63,896 bases of DNA, filler included, from Octopus bimaculoides (GCF_001194135.2; 5 parts of 3 records of this genome joined end to end with filler, not necessarily neighbours in it), one strand, 5' to 3'; counted from the whole stretch's first letter, positions 50,226-63,764 are shown. Translations and numbers: made by a program. The notes: generated by a model from the letters alone, not told the origin.

Positions 50226-50785
50226 TAGAGAGGTTGGGCCTTTCTAGCCCCGTCTGTAGATGACGTAGGGGTAAAGTGACATCATTTGTATTATTGCAGT
50301 TGTTCTCTTTCTCTCTCTCTTTCTCTCTCTCTCTTTCTCTCTCTCTCCATATATATATATACACTTTTATTATAGCTATAAAATTATCATAAGAGTTACT
50401 CAGAACTTCACGTTTCCGTTCGTTGGAAAGCATGACATCTTTCCGATGAACTAAGAGTAACAGTTTTGGTGATAATTTGCATCTTTTATAAAAGCATGTT
50501 ACTCTACCTTCCGTATTGAGTACTATTTTTTCCAACTTGTTTTGCACTTTTGTGCTCACCTGTGTGTGTGTGTGTCTGTGTGTATATATTTTCTTTTCTT
50601 TTCTACTCTAAGCAAGAGACCCGAAATTTTGGTAGAGGGGGCCAGTCGATTAGATCAGCCCCAGTACACAACTGGAACTTATTTTAGCCAAGGTGACGTG
50701 CAGTGGAACCTGAACCTGGAACTATATGGTTGCAAAGAGAAATTCTTCACAATCATATTTGTATGTTTGTGTGTGTTTGTGTGAT

Positions 50786-50840
<55 letters not shown>

Positions 50841-51356
50841 NNNNNNNNNNNNNNNNNNNNNNNNNNNNNNNNNNNNNNNNNNNNNNNNNNNNNNNNNNNN
50901 NNNNNNNNNNNNNNNNNNNNNNNNNNNNNNNNNNNNNNNNNNNNNNNNNNNNNNNNNNNNNNNNNNNNNNNNNNNNNNNNNNNNNNNNNNNNNNNNNNNN
51001 NNNNNNNNNNNNNNNNNNNNNNNNNNNNNNNNNNNNNNNNNNNNNNNNNNNNNNNNNNNNNNNNNNNNNNNNNNNNNNNNNNNNNNNNNNNNNNNNNNNN
51101 NNNNNNNNNNNNNNNNNNNNNNNNNNNNNNNNNNNNNNNNNNNNNNNNNNNNNNNNNNNNNNAATAATCCTTTAAGTGTTTAAATTGTAATCGAGTTTTT
51201 TAATTTTTTTTTATGATTGGTCTTGGAGATCTCTCAAGGTTAAAAGAACCAAAGCAATCTAATAATGAATCATAGTCACTTGAAAGATCATGCGCGCACA
51301 CACACGTACGCACGCACACACATACACACACATGCACACATATACCATATGTGCGC

Positions 51357-51770
51357 ATAGCTGTGTGGTAGGTAGCTTGCTTACCAGCCACATGGTTCCG
51401 GGTTCAGTTTCACTGCGTGGTGGCACCTTGAGCAAGTGTCTTCTACTATAGCCTCGGGCCGACCAAAGCCTTGTGAGTGGATTTGGTAGACGGAAACTGA
51501 AAGAAGACCGTATCATATATGCATATATGTATGTGTGTGTGTGTGTGTATGTTTGTGTCTGTGTTTGTCCCCCAACATCGCTTGACAACCGATGCTGGTG
51601 TGTTTACGTCCCCGTAACTTAGCGGTTCGGCAAAAGACACCGATAGAATAAGTACTAGGCTTCCAAAGAATAAGTCCTGGGGTCGATTTTCTCGACTAAA
51701 AGGCGGTGCCTCAGCATGGCCGCAGTCAAATGACTGAAACAAGTTAAAAGAGAGTAAAAGAGAGTATAAT
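51357..51770 (+). mobile_element. SINE family B, full-length reference copy
   Basis: AGCTGTGTGG A-box-like and GGTTCAGT B-box-like motifs, CCTTGAGCAAGTGTCTT CORE-like block, internal (GT)n and a GAAACAAGTTAAAAGAG tail. Confidence 0.92.
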
Positions 51771-52374
51771 AATTTCATTCTAAAGAGAGCGATTTTAACG
51801 AAAGCATATCCATTTCCGCTTTGCCGTAACCATCTTGAAATTCCATCTCGTACTCCAGATGGAAACACCTCGTAATAGAAAACGGAAACGGTAACAATAC
51901 AGATCGATGTAGTTGCAGTAGGAGAAACGTAGGGAGGAGACAATCTGTGTAACACTAGACAATTGTTTGTATTGTCTGGCGGAGTAAAAGAGTTTTGTGT
52001 ATCGGGCGGTTGACCTAATTGTATTGTATGTTGTCTTCAATAGAACAGAACTAAATTTTATTTATCACACTCATGCTAGATAATTAAAATAAATATTGAA
52101 AGAGCCACAACTTTTAGACAATCGATTAATCAATCAATCAATCGATATTTATTTGTTTATTTATTTATTTGTGTATTTATTTATCTCATGCAGTTGTGTG
52201 ATAAAACAAGTTGATTGATTGATATTTTTTTTAGCACTCATTCGATGCATTTATCAATAGCCAATCAGTGCTTTTCAGACTTATTTTCTACTGTTATCGA
52301 TCACTAGCGATCGTGACGCCCTTCAGAGTTCATTGAACTGTCGCCCCTGGGTAGCTCTTTGAAGTTTTGGGTGT

Positions 52375-52845
52375 ATATATCGATGGAGGCTGCGTGTATG
52401 TAATGGTGAAGGACATGTGTTTATAATGATAGAGACAGGGTGTGTATAACGGTTGCAGTTGGCTGCATCTATAAATATGGATGGTGGTTGCATATATTGA
52501 TGGAGACTGAGCGTATACAATGATGGAGGTTGGGTGTATATAATAATGGAATCTGGGCGTATATAATGATGGAAGCCGGGTGTACATAATGATGGATGCT
52601 GGACGTATAAAATGATGCGGGCTGGGTGTATATAACGATGGAGGTTGGGTGTATACAATGGTGGAAGCTCGATTTATATAATGATGCAGGCTGGGTGTCT
52701 ATAATGAAGAAGATTGGGTGTATGTGATGATGGAGTCTGAGTGTATATAATAATGGAGGATGAGTGTATATAATGATGGAGATTAGACGTGTGCAATAGT
52801 GAAGGCTGGGTATATGTAAGAATGGAGGTTGGATGCATAAAATGG
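52375..52845. repeat. 23-bp minisatellite
   Basis: Consensus TATAATGATGGAGGCTGGGTGTA; ATAATGAT recurs at 52563 and 52586. Confidence 0.9.
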
Positions 52846-53157
52846 ATGCCCTCTTGTTTTGGGGTCGTTACTTGTGGCTTTCATTGTGTCGAGGGACAGC
52901 AACTGTTCATTCTTGTATGAAGAGAAGACGGGTGGGAACTGTGATCGCTGCAGTGGATGGCTGAAAGAGATGGAGGTGGTGGGGGTGGTAGTAGCGATGG
53001 TGACGGTGATGGTTATTGGGGGGGGGGGGCGATGTTGATAATGACAATGATGAAGATAATGGCGGTAGCGGTAGATTGTTAAATTGATTAGTGGTGATAA
53101 TGCTTATTATAAGTGCAATGGTGGTGACGATATTAATTGTGACAATGGAGGTGGTGG

Positions 53158-53257
53158 NNNNNNNNNNNNNNNNNNNNNNNNNNNNNNNNNNNNNNNNNNN
53201 NTTAATTAATTAANNNNNNNNNNNNNNNNNNNNNNNNNNNNNNNNNNNNNNNNNNNN
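53158..53257. other. Assembly linker (44 N + TTAATTAATTAA + 44 N)
   Basis: Counted directly. Confidence 0.97.
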
Positions 53258-53324
53258 ATATACGTAATATATGTAATATATGTAATATTTGTGTAATACA
53301 TGGGGAGAATTCACAAAAAAAAAA

Positions 53325-53516
53325 AAAAAGACTAAGGCAGGTGGTGTAAACAACAAATAGATGTATTAGTATAACGCTTGGGAAGTGAAAAAGTCTTTAA
53401 CATTTCGAGCCTACGGTCAAGCGTGGGTTTGAAACGTTAAAGACTTTTTTAACTTCCTGAGCATTATACTAATACATCTGTTTGTTGTTTACACCACCTG
53501 TCTTCGTCTTTTGTTT
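53325..53516. repeat. ~90-bp inverted repeat with a 6-nt spacer (Penelope-terminus-like)
   Basis: AGGTGGTGTAAACAACAAA.AGATGTATTAGTATAA mirrors TTATACTAATACATCT.TTTGTTGTTTACACCACCT; the centre contains GAAACGTT. Confidence 0.9.
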
Positions 53517-54084
53517 ATATATATATATATATACAGCTTCAAATAGACCTACACATGTTTCTACTGCATTAATTAGTAACTGTTGCAATTGCAGCCTTAC
53601 TATAATACCGGTGCAGTTTCTTTAGGGTCTTCACGTTAATATTCTTTCATTTAACTGTTTAAAGTTTTGCATTGATCTTCTTTGCATTCTATGATGTGGA
53701 ATTGTAAATTAATTTAGACATGAACTATCTTCAATGTGTCTGTATGTGTGCACTTATATATATGGTAAATGCAAGACAGAAAATAGAATATACGAGGATT
53801 TATTATTAATCACAACAATTGTTTCGACACATATAGCATCGATCCCTCATGGGTGGGACACTCAACAACTATATATTATAGTGGGGTAGGCTCGTCTAGG
53901 GGGTTACCCTGGGTTTCTCATTCATAAGTAGTTTAGCCTTACGGTGTATCTTCAGACCCCAAACACTGCTGACCTGAGACCACTTTAAAATATGGAGGGG
54001 GGAAAAGCCTCGTTTTTAAGGGTAAAACCCTAGGTAATTATCTCCCTTTGCCACTGTCCATCGATCTTTGGCCATGCTGCCATC

Positions 54085-55741
54085 TTGCTGTCACCAAAGC
54101 ACTACAAAGGTAAATGATTGTCTCCTTTCAGCCTTGGTTATTGGTTTCTGGCTGTGGTGCCGCCCTGTGGATTCCAAAATGCCAAAAGGAATTTTCTAAA
54201 ATGCAAGCATGATCCGAAAATCTCTGTCTTGGAGTTTAGGATTCCCCCTGGCATGAGCGAGTCTTTAAGGATCCTCGTGCATTCGGCAATGCATAACTTG
54301 CACCATTTCATCCCATTGATGTAGGGACCTGTGTTCTCAAGTATTTTCCATGCAATTGAGTATGGAATCTCTTCATCTCATAATTGATATGGCTGGCCAG
54401 CGATGTCACATATTTCTTTTCTGGGACTCTGAAGGAGGACAGATGATTGGAAATACACTGTTTAAGAGAGTGCCCAGTGCAGCCCATGTACTTCTATGGG
54501 CATGTGATGTCATTGCACCTGTTGCTGTTGTTGTTGGTGCTGTTGCTGCTACCATTGCTGCTAGTGCCACCGGTGGTGTTGTCACTGCTGGAGTTGGGGC
54601 TGCTGCTGTTGGTGCTGGTGTTGGCATTGCTGGGGATGGTGCTGGCGCCGGTCATGTTCTTGATTCTGCACGTGTTGCCTGTGGTGCAGTCATTGTTGCT
54701 GCTAGTGCTGGTGTTGCTGTTGTTGTTGTTGTCGTCGCTGCTGCTGGTCCTGCTGCCAGTGTTGCTGTTGTTGGAGTCAGGGCTGCTGGTGATGGTGAAG
54801 GATGTGGTGGTAGCAACAGTTGTGCTATTGCCACTGCCGGTTCCACTGCTGTTGCCACTATAGCCAGCAATGGAACTGGATCCGTTACCGCTGCTACTAC
54901 AACTATAGTGGCCAATAGGCCTGGCATCATGGATGTTGGAGAAGCTATTAGTAACGCTAGTGGTAGTGGTGGTGGTGGTGATATCACTGCTGTTGGCGAT
55001 GCTGTTGCCATTGTTGTTAGCGATGCTGCCATCCATTGTGACAGTAGTGGTGATGGTGGCTGTGCTACTGTACTGGCTCTGTTGATGGAACTGGACCTGT
55101 TACTTCTGCTACTACTACTATAGTGGCTAATAGGTCTGGCATCATGGACATCAAGGAAGCTATTTGTGAGACTGGTGATGGCGGTGATGCCACTGCTGTT
55201 GTTAGCTATGCTGCCATCCATGGTGATGGTGGTAGCGATGGTGGCTGTGTTACTGGCTCTGTTCTCAGGTCTATGGCTATTATTGCTTCTGCTGGTGTTA
55301 AATGCATGTCTAGTTAGAACCTCGGCTTGATATACAACCCCTTTGGTTTTGCAGCAGCCTTCTACCAGGCAACTGCTTCAGATCCTGCATGAACAGCCTG
55401 CTTCTTCTTGTGTCCTAGGGGCGCTAACTAGGATGATCTTAACGTTTGGGGCACAGCTAAACGAGATCCTAATGTTGTGCCTGTTGAATATGGATCTGTA
55501 CCTATGGGAGCTAGTGAAATTCTTATCTATTAATTTAAGGAAAAGTCTAACTACAGGTATTATTGTGTTAAGGGAGTGTGGGAGCGCAAACCAAATCCTA
55601 TTTCTGTGGCACTTCCTTCTGCAGCTGTTGAGTTCTGGCATGTAGGAGATGCGGTCCCTAAACCCACTGGCAGCTAGGGCCTTATTATAGTATGGGGATG
55701 CTGTGTCGAAGGCTTCTTGAATGGAGGAAAGGCTTGAAATC
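54085..55741 (-). mobile_element. Penelope-like element remnant 1 (RT thumb/linker plus split GIY-YIG)
   Basis: ISSLSSIQEAFDTASPYYNKALAASGF, NRIWF, FNRHNIRISFSCAPN, CSCR..SCLVEGCC..KGVVYQAEV, then the insert, then KYMGCTG..SNHLSSF and WCKLCIAE..RIL...LNSKTEIFGSCLH. Confidence 0.85.
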
Positions 55742-55989
55742 CACTTGCTTATATATTTATGTCTGCATGTATGTATGTGAATCATTATATTAATGTCCTC
55801 TTTTCCATGCCTGCATGGATCAGATGGAATTTTTTGAGGCAGATTTTCTGTTGCCAGATGCCCTTCCTGTTGCCAACTCTCACCTGCTTCCAAATAAGAT
55901 ATCATTTCTCCAAAGACAGACACCTTTGCAAGGAAGTCTGGAAATACATAACACTACTTGTTTGATAAGGACACTTATTTACTACTGTT

Positions 55990-56190
55990 GCATACTGTCA
56001 GGACAAGGAGAGGACAGGAGATACAAACACAAAATTGCTTACACACACATATATGCATATGATAGGCTTCTTTCAGCTTCCATGAATCAAATCCACTCAC
56101 AAAGCATTGTTGGACCAATGTTACAGCAAAAGTCACTTGCCCAAGTTGCCATACAGTGAGATTGAATTCAAAATCATGTGGTTGGAAACA
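55990..56190 (-). mobile_element. SINE family B head, CpG-decayed
   Basis: Aligns to the 45883 copy with CG changed to TG/CA. Confidence 0.75.
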
Positions 56191-56249
56191 CACATAAAAT
56201 ATCCCACTATCTTGAAAAAAGTTTCCTCTTTCTGCCTTCATCAAGAGAC

Positions 56250-57990
56250 AGGAATGGGAGGATGTTGCAACTATGAAAGATATGTCTGGAAAAATTATTG
56301 AGATGTCGGAGTGGAAGCTGGTAGATATCTGCTATTTATATAAGCTGGGCCTCAGCTAGACTCCTTATGGGCAAGGAATACCAGTACATATTCTTCTGGG
56401 TGGGTAACAGCTCTGGAGATATTGCAGTAGGCATACTGATGTTGAGAAAGGAAGATATAAAAGTTTGTGATGGAATAATTAATCTTAGGCTAATTATGAA
56501 CAATGTAATAGAAGCATCAATCTCTGCTTATGCACCACTATTAAGACTAGCAGATAAACAAAAATGCAGTTTATAGAAAGCCCTCTTGCATACTACCTCA
56601 ATAATGAATAGAAGTGACCTCACTAAGGATAGGGAAACAGCCAGTCCATTAAGAATGGCTGCTGAGAAGTTGAAAATATTTCTAGTCACCAATATATTCA
56701 ACTAGGTAGTACAGGGATGTAGCACAGTTTGTAACTGGCATAGCAGTATCATCATCAACTACCAAAAGAGGTACTCTTGAAAAATAAACAGCTACACAAT
56801 TACAGACAAAGTTATGACAGCAGTAGAAAGAGTTTTAGCACAACTAATTAAGTAGAAAATTTACTTAGATGAATTTCAGTTCTCATTTTTAACAAGATAA
56901 GATATCACTGATACCTTCTTCCTAGTGAGATGACAACTGTTGAAATTCTTGGTTAAGAGCAAGCTATTATGCTTAGCATTCACTAATCTGGAGAAGGCCC
57001 TTGACATGGTACCACACTCTGTAATCTGGTGATTTGTAAGAAAACTAGTTACAGAAGAATGTTTCGTGAAAGCTGTTAACCAGGTGAAAGTTAGTAATAA
57101 GTTCAATGAACTTAGAATGTAGGTAGGTGTCCATCTGGTTCAGTTCACAGCTCTTCCCTGTGTATTATTGTCCTTTGCCTGTATATTATTGTCCTTATTA
57201 GCAAAATGCAGTGGAGTCTTAGACTGACTGTCTCTGAGAACTCTGGTATGTTGATGTCCTTGTCCTCATAATTGAATCTGTTGAAGATTTAGGGATGAAA
57301 TTCTAAATGCAGAAGAAAACCCTAGAATCAAGAAGCCTCAAACCAATCATGGCAAAGACAAAAGTTTTAAATAACAGGAAACATGATAGGACATTACTGT
57401 TGACCAAGAAGTAATGCTTGATATAAAACAAAGGAGTAAGTAAACACTATATAGTATACCTAATGTAAACAAGGATGCACAAATGGTGTAGTGAAATCAC
57501 AAGCAAGATGACAGGGAATAAAATTTTCAGATGTAGCAGATGCACGGGAGCAATTAGCTGTAAGTTCGCCCATGAAATAAATTCGTTGAAATAATTGCTT
57601 TTAGTTAGGTGACCTAATTAATAGTAGAGTTGGCTACTCCAAAAGTGTAGTTGGCAGAGTAAAATTAATCAGTAAAAGCTCAGAGAGGTTTTACAGTCAA
57701 AGATGAGATACTCTCCCTCTCTCTAAGTGAAAGACAGACTGTGTGATGTTTGTATACATTGAGATTAATGCACAGTAATGAAACATGAGTGTTGAATGCA
57801 GATATGTAAAAGTTAGGAAGAAATGAAGTAAGCATGCTACACTTGGTGAAAGCTGATCTCAGGAAATTGAATTTCAAGAGAGATGACAAAGAACTGTAAA
57901 TAAATGGTGAGATGCCATACTGGAGAAGATATGTTCAACTATTGCAAGCATGAAAAAAACAGTTGAATATATTGTACATATGAGTGCATG
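56250..57990 (+). mobile_element. Old RTE LINE with deletions (endonuclease and RT remnants)
   Basis: IFFWVGNS..AVGIL (APE), NLEKALDMVP (DLEKAFDxVP-like), degenerate GVHQGS and YADD equivalents. Confidence 0.75.
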
Positions 57991-57991
57991 T

Positions 57992-58030
<39 letters not shown>

Positions 58031-58192
58031 CATGTAAATGCCTGTAAGCATGTGTAAGAATATACATGCACATATTAGATACAGGCATGTGCAGCATCAG
58101 TTCTACTGCATGAATACTATCAGCTAGTCTCCTCTACCGCAGCTAACCAATACATTGTAAGAAAAATTAGTTGACAGAAAATGGAAGATGCT

Positions 58193-58241
<49 letters not shown>

Positions 58242-58684
58242 GCATGTGAGTCAGTAACTCATATATCTCAAAAGAGGCACACTCTAAAACATTAGAGTGG
58301 TGATATTTGGAAGGTTGTTTGTTATGAATGATCAGAGCGTTCTACACCTACAAAGTGCTCAGCTGTACAGGTGATTCATCAGACTCAAAATGGTCAGAGG
58401 TACATAACCTCTCTACAACTATAGTGGGCAATACGTGATGGTTAGTAATTTTGTAAACAAAAAAAGTTCTGGAACAAAACTCTACTGGCAAAATCTGGTT
58501 ATCCCTCTTAGAGTTATCTCCCTTAGATCGTTTCCAGTTATGTCCACAATTGGTCTGCAGAAAATGGCTGAAGATGGGAACATTTCCCTAGTCAGCAAAC
58601 TGGGAATTCCATGTTCCCATCACAAATTTTCTCTGATGTGAGAACTAACTAAACACCTCTTTTTTTTTTTTGAGTTTAAAAGGT

Positions 58685-59310
58685 CCTTTGGTCAAGTGAA
58701 ATTTTTCAGGATTCTATCTCTTTCGGCCAAACAAAGCTGACACCATTTGCTCCTGTTGGAGTACAGTCCCAGTTGTTCTAGGAGTTTCCACTTAATTATG
58801 TATGGCATACCCTCTTCTTTTAAATGCCATATGTAGCATGCCAGGAATGTGATGTTACACCTCTCTAGTATCCTAAAGGCAGATCTTTGATTGCTAACAA
58901 TGCTTGAATAATCTGCCTGTAGATACATGTTTCCATGTCTGTGCCCTGTGTTGATGATGTTACAGCTGCTGTTGTTGCTGACGCTATTGCTGCCAATGCT
59001 GTTGTCACTGTCAGATCTGTTGCTGGTGTTTCAGTTGCTGCTGACAAGGCTGCTACTTCTGCCAGATGCATTGCTGGTGCTGTTGTTGCAGTAATAGCTG
59101 TTACTATAGCTGCCGTAGCTACAGCTGCTGCTTGACATGCTGCTGGTGTAACTACCATCATCCCCACCATTGTTGTAGTTGGGGTCACTATTGTTATTGG
59201 TGGGTGTGTTGTTGGTACTGTTGCTGTTGTTGCTGCCAATGCTGAAGAACTCCTACAGCACACTAGTATACATAGTGTTGCCTATCCTCTGCAAATCGCA
59301 GTTGCACTGA
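58685..59310 (-). mobile_element. Penelope-like element remnant 2 (split GIY-YIG)
   Basis: QCNC, then an S/N-rich insert, then SNQRSAFR...TFLACYIWHLKE...YIIKWKLLE...YSNRSKWCQLCLAE..RILK. Confidence 0.78.
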
Positions 59311-60834
59311 TTGAAACAAGTTCCACATAGAAAACACTAGCATCTCCAAGCAGAAATTTGGAAGCTGTGAAAGAGGGTGCCCAAAACTCTATCATAAAGA
59401 TACCATTAAATGAAATTTCAAAGAATTTACTTGATTGTGACTGAATGGGAGAGGATAGTGACCATGAACGATGATGGGAGTCTATGAAGAAAGAAGTAAA
59501 TTAGCAGAATTGGATTGGATGAAACTAGAAGAGAGAAAAAAGCTAAAGAAAGATTCACTTTACCAAATCTGCCAACAACTATTCAGTAATATCTGTGGTC
59601 ACAGGTGTAACTGTCTGGGTTTACAATCCCATGAAGATGTAATGCATTACTTATGCAGCTTCATTAAATTTACAAAAATGCAAGAAAACATCCTTTTCAG
59701 CTACCAAGTAATACACAATTATAAGTGATTGTCAAGAGAAAGACATGTCTTTTAGATGAAAAAATGCTGTTAGGTTGATGTAAGTGATGTAATACTTGAA
59801 ACACTGTATGTATACATATATATATATTGCTATTTACACTCATGATAATTCACAAACACACACACACACACGCATACACATGCATGCATGCATAGTGATA
59901 TGGAATCCTACAAGAACAACAATGACAGACTGAAGAGGGATTCAGAGATAGAGTATGGATAGACATAGGATGAGAGAGATGGGGTGCTATAAAATAGTTT
60001 CATAGCTGGACGAATAGAAAAGTAGATAGCAAAAATGATAGGCATAAGGTACCCACTGTCATGTTGTCATAGTGTTGGCTGACTTTCACACCAAACCATC
60101 CTTAACAAAATCATAAAACATGGCCTAAACACTGCAGGCTTCCCTTCCCAGCTCAAGCCAGTAGGGTTAAACTTAGGGGATGGTAAAAGGCTTGATGATA
60201 TGACAATTTTCCCATTCTGTGGTGATAGGCCCCTCATCTGGAATGCCACATGCAGTGAAACCTTCTACAGCAACAACTTGCTGTGTTTAACTATCTGCCT
60301 AGGCTCCACAGTCACTCTCTGACAGGTTTATAGTCAAGCCTGTAGCAGTGGAAACTTCTGGCATTCTCAGCCCCCAGACCATATCTCTGCTCACAACTAT
60401 TGGGGTGGAGATGACTATCTGCAAGTACGAGCCACATGAATCAGAGTGGCTGTTTCAGTACATCTCCCTTGCCATCCTCCAAAGCAATGCCTTTTGTATT
60501 TAGTCTGTTGGGACCATGAGGTGGCCTGAATTACAGAAAATTGTACATTCCACTCCTTAAAGTAAATTTGAACACAAGGGGATTCAAACTCATATTTTTC
60601 AGATTGATAGCTATGGGTAAAGACAGGCAAGTAACTGCATGAATAGACTGACTACATAAAGAAAGTAAAGAGAAAGGGAGAAGTGATGAATAAATAGACA
60701 GCTAGAATAGTAAATAAGAGGATAGACTGATGACAGCTAGAAGGATAAAGACAATTATAAGGATACGGAAAATTGTACAAATATATTTATTGTAAAGGTA
60801 GTTTTTGATCATCCTTCTATCGAACTATCATCAG

Positions 60835-62090
60835 AGACATCAGCCATCATCACTATTACTACAGCCATCAATCCCCATCACCACCATCACAGCATCAATC
60901 ACCATCACTACCACCACAGGTATCAATCACCATTACACAGCCATCAATAATCATCACTACCACCACAACCATCAATTTCCACCACCACAGCCATCAATCA
61001 CCATCAGTATCACCACAGCCATCAATCACCATCATCACCTCCACAACCATCAATCATCACCACCACCACAGTATCAATCACCATCACTACCACCACAGCC
61101 ATCAATCACCACCACCATCACAGCCATCAATCACCATCACCACCACAACCATCAATCACCATCACTACCACCACAGCCATCAATTACCATCATGACAGCC
61201 ATCAATCACCATCACTACAGCCATCAATCACCATCACTACAGCCATCAATCACCATCACCACAGCCATCAATCACTATCACTACCACCACAGCCATCAAT
61301 CACCATCACCACTGCAACCATCAATCACAATCACTACCACCACAGCTATCAATCACCACGACCATCAATCATCATCACCACTACCACCACAGCCATCAAT
61401 CACCACCACCACAGCCATCAATCACCATCACCACCACAGCCATCAATCACCATCACCACCACAGCCATCAATCACCATCACCACCACCACAGCCATCAAT
61501 CACCATTACCACCACTAGAGCCATCAATCACCATTACCATCACCACAGCCATTAATCACCACGACTACCACCAGACATCAATCACAATCACCACTACCAC
61601 CAGACATCAATCACCATCACCACAGCCATCAATCACCATCACCACAGCCATCAATCACCACTACCACAGCTATCAATCATCATTACCACCATCACAGTCA
61701 TCAATCACCATCTCTACCACCACAGCCATCAATCACCCTCACCACCACCACCACCAATCACCATCACAACAACCACAGCCATCAATCACCATCGCTACCA
61801 CCACCACCACCACCACCACCACCACCACCACCACAGCCATCAATCACCATCACCACCACAATCACCATCACTACCACCACCACAATCACTCACCATCCCT
61901 ACAATCAGCAGTACCATCAATTGTCATTACCACTACTACCACAATCACTGCCTTCAGTCTCTATCATTACTACCATCAATAACCATCACTATGATCACCT
62001 ACCATCAATCACCATCAGTCACCATCCCTGCCATGACCACTACCATTTCCACCACCATCACAACCATTAAACCCCATTTATGATCACCAC
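60835..62090. repeat. Long CAC/CAT-based minisatellite (ACCACAGCCATCAATCACCATC, unit 21-30 bp)
   Basis: Dozens of variable-length units that degrade toward the 3' end. Confidence 0.93.
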
Positions 62091-63724
62091 AACCATTACT
62101 CCCACCTCCACTACCATCTCTCCACTACAATAAGATCTTTGTGGTGTTGCTGACAAAAGAATGTCTGTCAACGGCTTGAATACATAACTTACACAGACTT
62201 ATACATATCATCATACATACATGCAAAAACAGACAAATGACCTTATTTATAAATGCTCATACACATGGACATACAACCTTACATACACACACAAACATCC
62301 TTACATACACACACATACATACAATATACCCTCACATACAGGTATACAACCTTATATACACATAAACATATAACATTATATACACAACCATTAACATATA
62401 GTGTTACACAGGCATAAAATTTGACATACATACACTAAAACATATAGCCTAACATATGCACCTGCTACCACACATACATATCTATGCCATATACATGCCA
62501 TACATGCAACCAAACACTGGTACTCATGCAACCACACTTTTACACAAAATACACACAGCCACACATACACATTGTAAAACACACAAACATAGCTACATAT
62601 ATACTCACACATTCACATTCTGATATCACACAGATATCTTCACACACACACACACATTATTGTTCATAGGCAGACACACTTAGGGACATATACACATAAA
62701 AACAGAGACACACACATAGACATATACACACACACCATCTGTCACATATGCTCCAAGAGATCCACTTGCATACACACTTCTGTCCACACACATACACAGT
62801 CATGTTCCCCTACATACATATCTAAGCTTAAACTATCATATATTTTGACAACGACTGTATATGTTGTGTGGCAGATGTTGAATTAATATTAGGTGTAAAG
62901 ATGTTGGCTGCTGATGTGTTAGTGTTGTTTAGCCACAGACTTAATTGTGACTATATAGAAAACAGTAACTGACCATAGCAAACCTATAATCAAAGGCATA
63001 TCAAAGGTGACTATCCTATTATTTTATTTGGATGTAGGATTTCCTTGGGTCCTTCATAAAGAAGCTGGATCGCTACAAGTGAATTGAAGTCAGATGTAAA
63101 AGTAATAATTTGAATGAGATTTGGCAACTATTTCTAACAAGTCAAGCATCCATGTACAGGCCCTTTTTGGATGTTGCAGTTGCTTAGGCCCATGTCAAAC
63201 CTAATGAAAAGCATTCTAGCTATGACCTTGTCTTTTAGTTATATGCATTGAATCCAGGCCACATTATCCAATGTGTTCTCTTTAATGTGTAACCTGAGGG
63301 AGAGGTTATTGTTACTTCTAGTAAGCTCAGTAACCACATAGTGGGTGTCTTGTAGGTTTGGAAGGTAAAGTAGAGGAGGGATAAATATGTCAGTGGACAA
63401 ATTTATTAAAGGTCAACAATGAACAACAAACGTTCTTTCATCAAATTATATGTCAACCCCACCCATATTACAAAACAAAAAATAAGATGAGAAAGCCAAA
63501 AGTAGAGGAATCTTACTTATGGCATTTCTAGAATGATGTTTGTCACTCCCAGGCTGCTAGGATATATATATTGCCCAACAAGCACTCAAAATATTTAGAC
63601 TACTGTATATGTATGTCACACAACTCTCAGATATATTTCCAGTAATAACTAGAACTATATTGTTTGTCTATTTCTCTCTTTCTCACTATACATACATATA
63701 TACATACATACATACATATCATTC

Positions 63725-63759
<35 letters not shown>

Positions 63760-63764
63760 TTTTT

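Noticed and set aside
2345-51183. Many long ORFs made of X runs or HT/CV/IY/SL repeats
   Set aside because: They are produced by N gaps and dinucleotide microsatellites.
49396-52040. Minus-strand open stretches MSTKVQNKLEK... (about 50.4-50.56 kb) and about 51.8-52.0 kb
   Set aside because: There is no consistent acceptor/donor pair or recognisable motif, and the ORF lengths are inflated by adjacent repeats.
52375-52845. CRISPR-like regular array
   Set aside because: Units are contiguous 23-bp repeats with no unique spacers, in eukaryotic sequence.
54350-55123. Long Ala/Val/Gly-rich and Leu-rich plus-strand ORFs
   Set aside because: They are antisense shadows of the low-complexity insert in the minus-strand Penelope remnant.
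53810-58560. Further hammerhead-like motifs (about 53815-53860 and 58520-58560; also about 34960)
   Set aside because: Catalytic core residues are missing or mutated. At best they are dead Penelope termini, so they are not called as ribozymes.
60805-61518. 237-aa His/Pro/Gln/Ser/Thr-rich ORF
   Set aside because: It lies wholly in a CAC/CAT minisatellite whose variable units cycle through all three frames. The array continues past the stop, and there are no splice signals.
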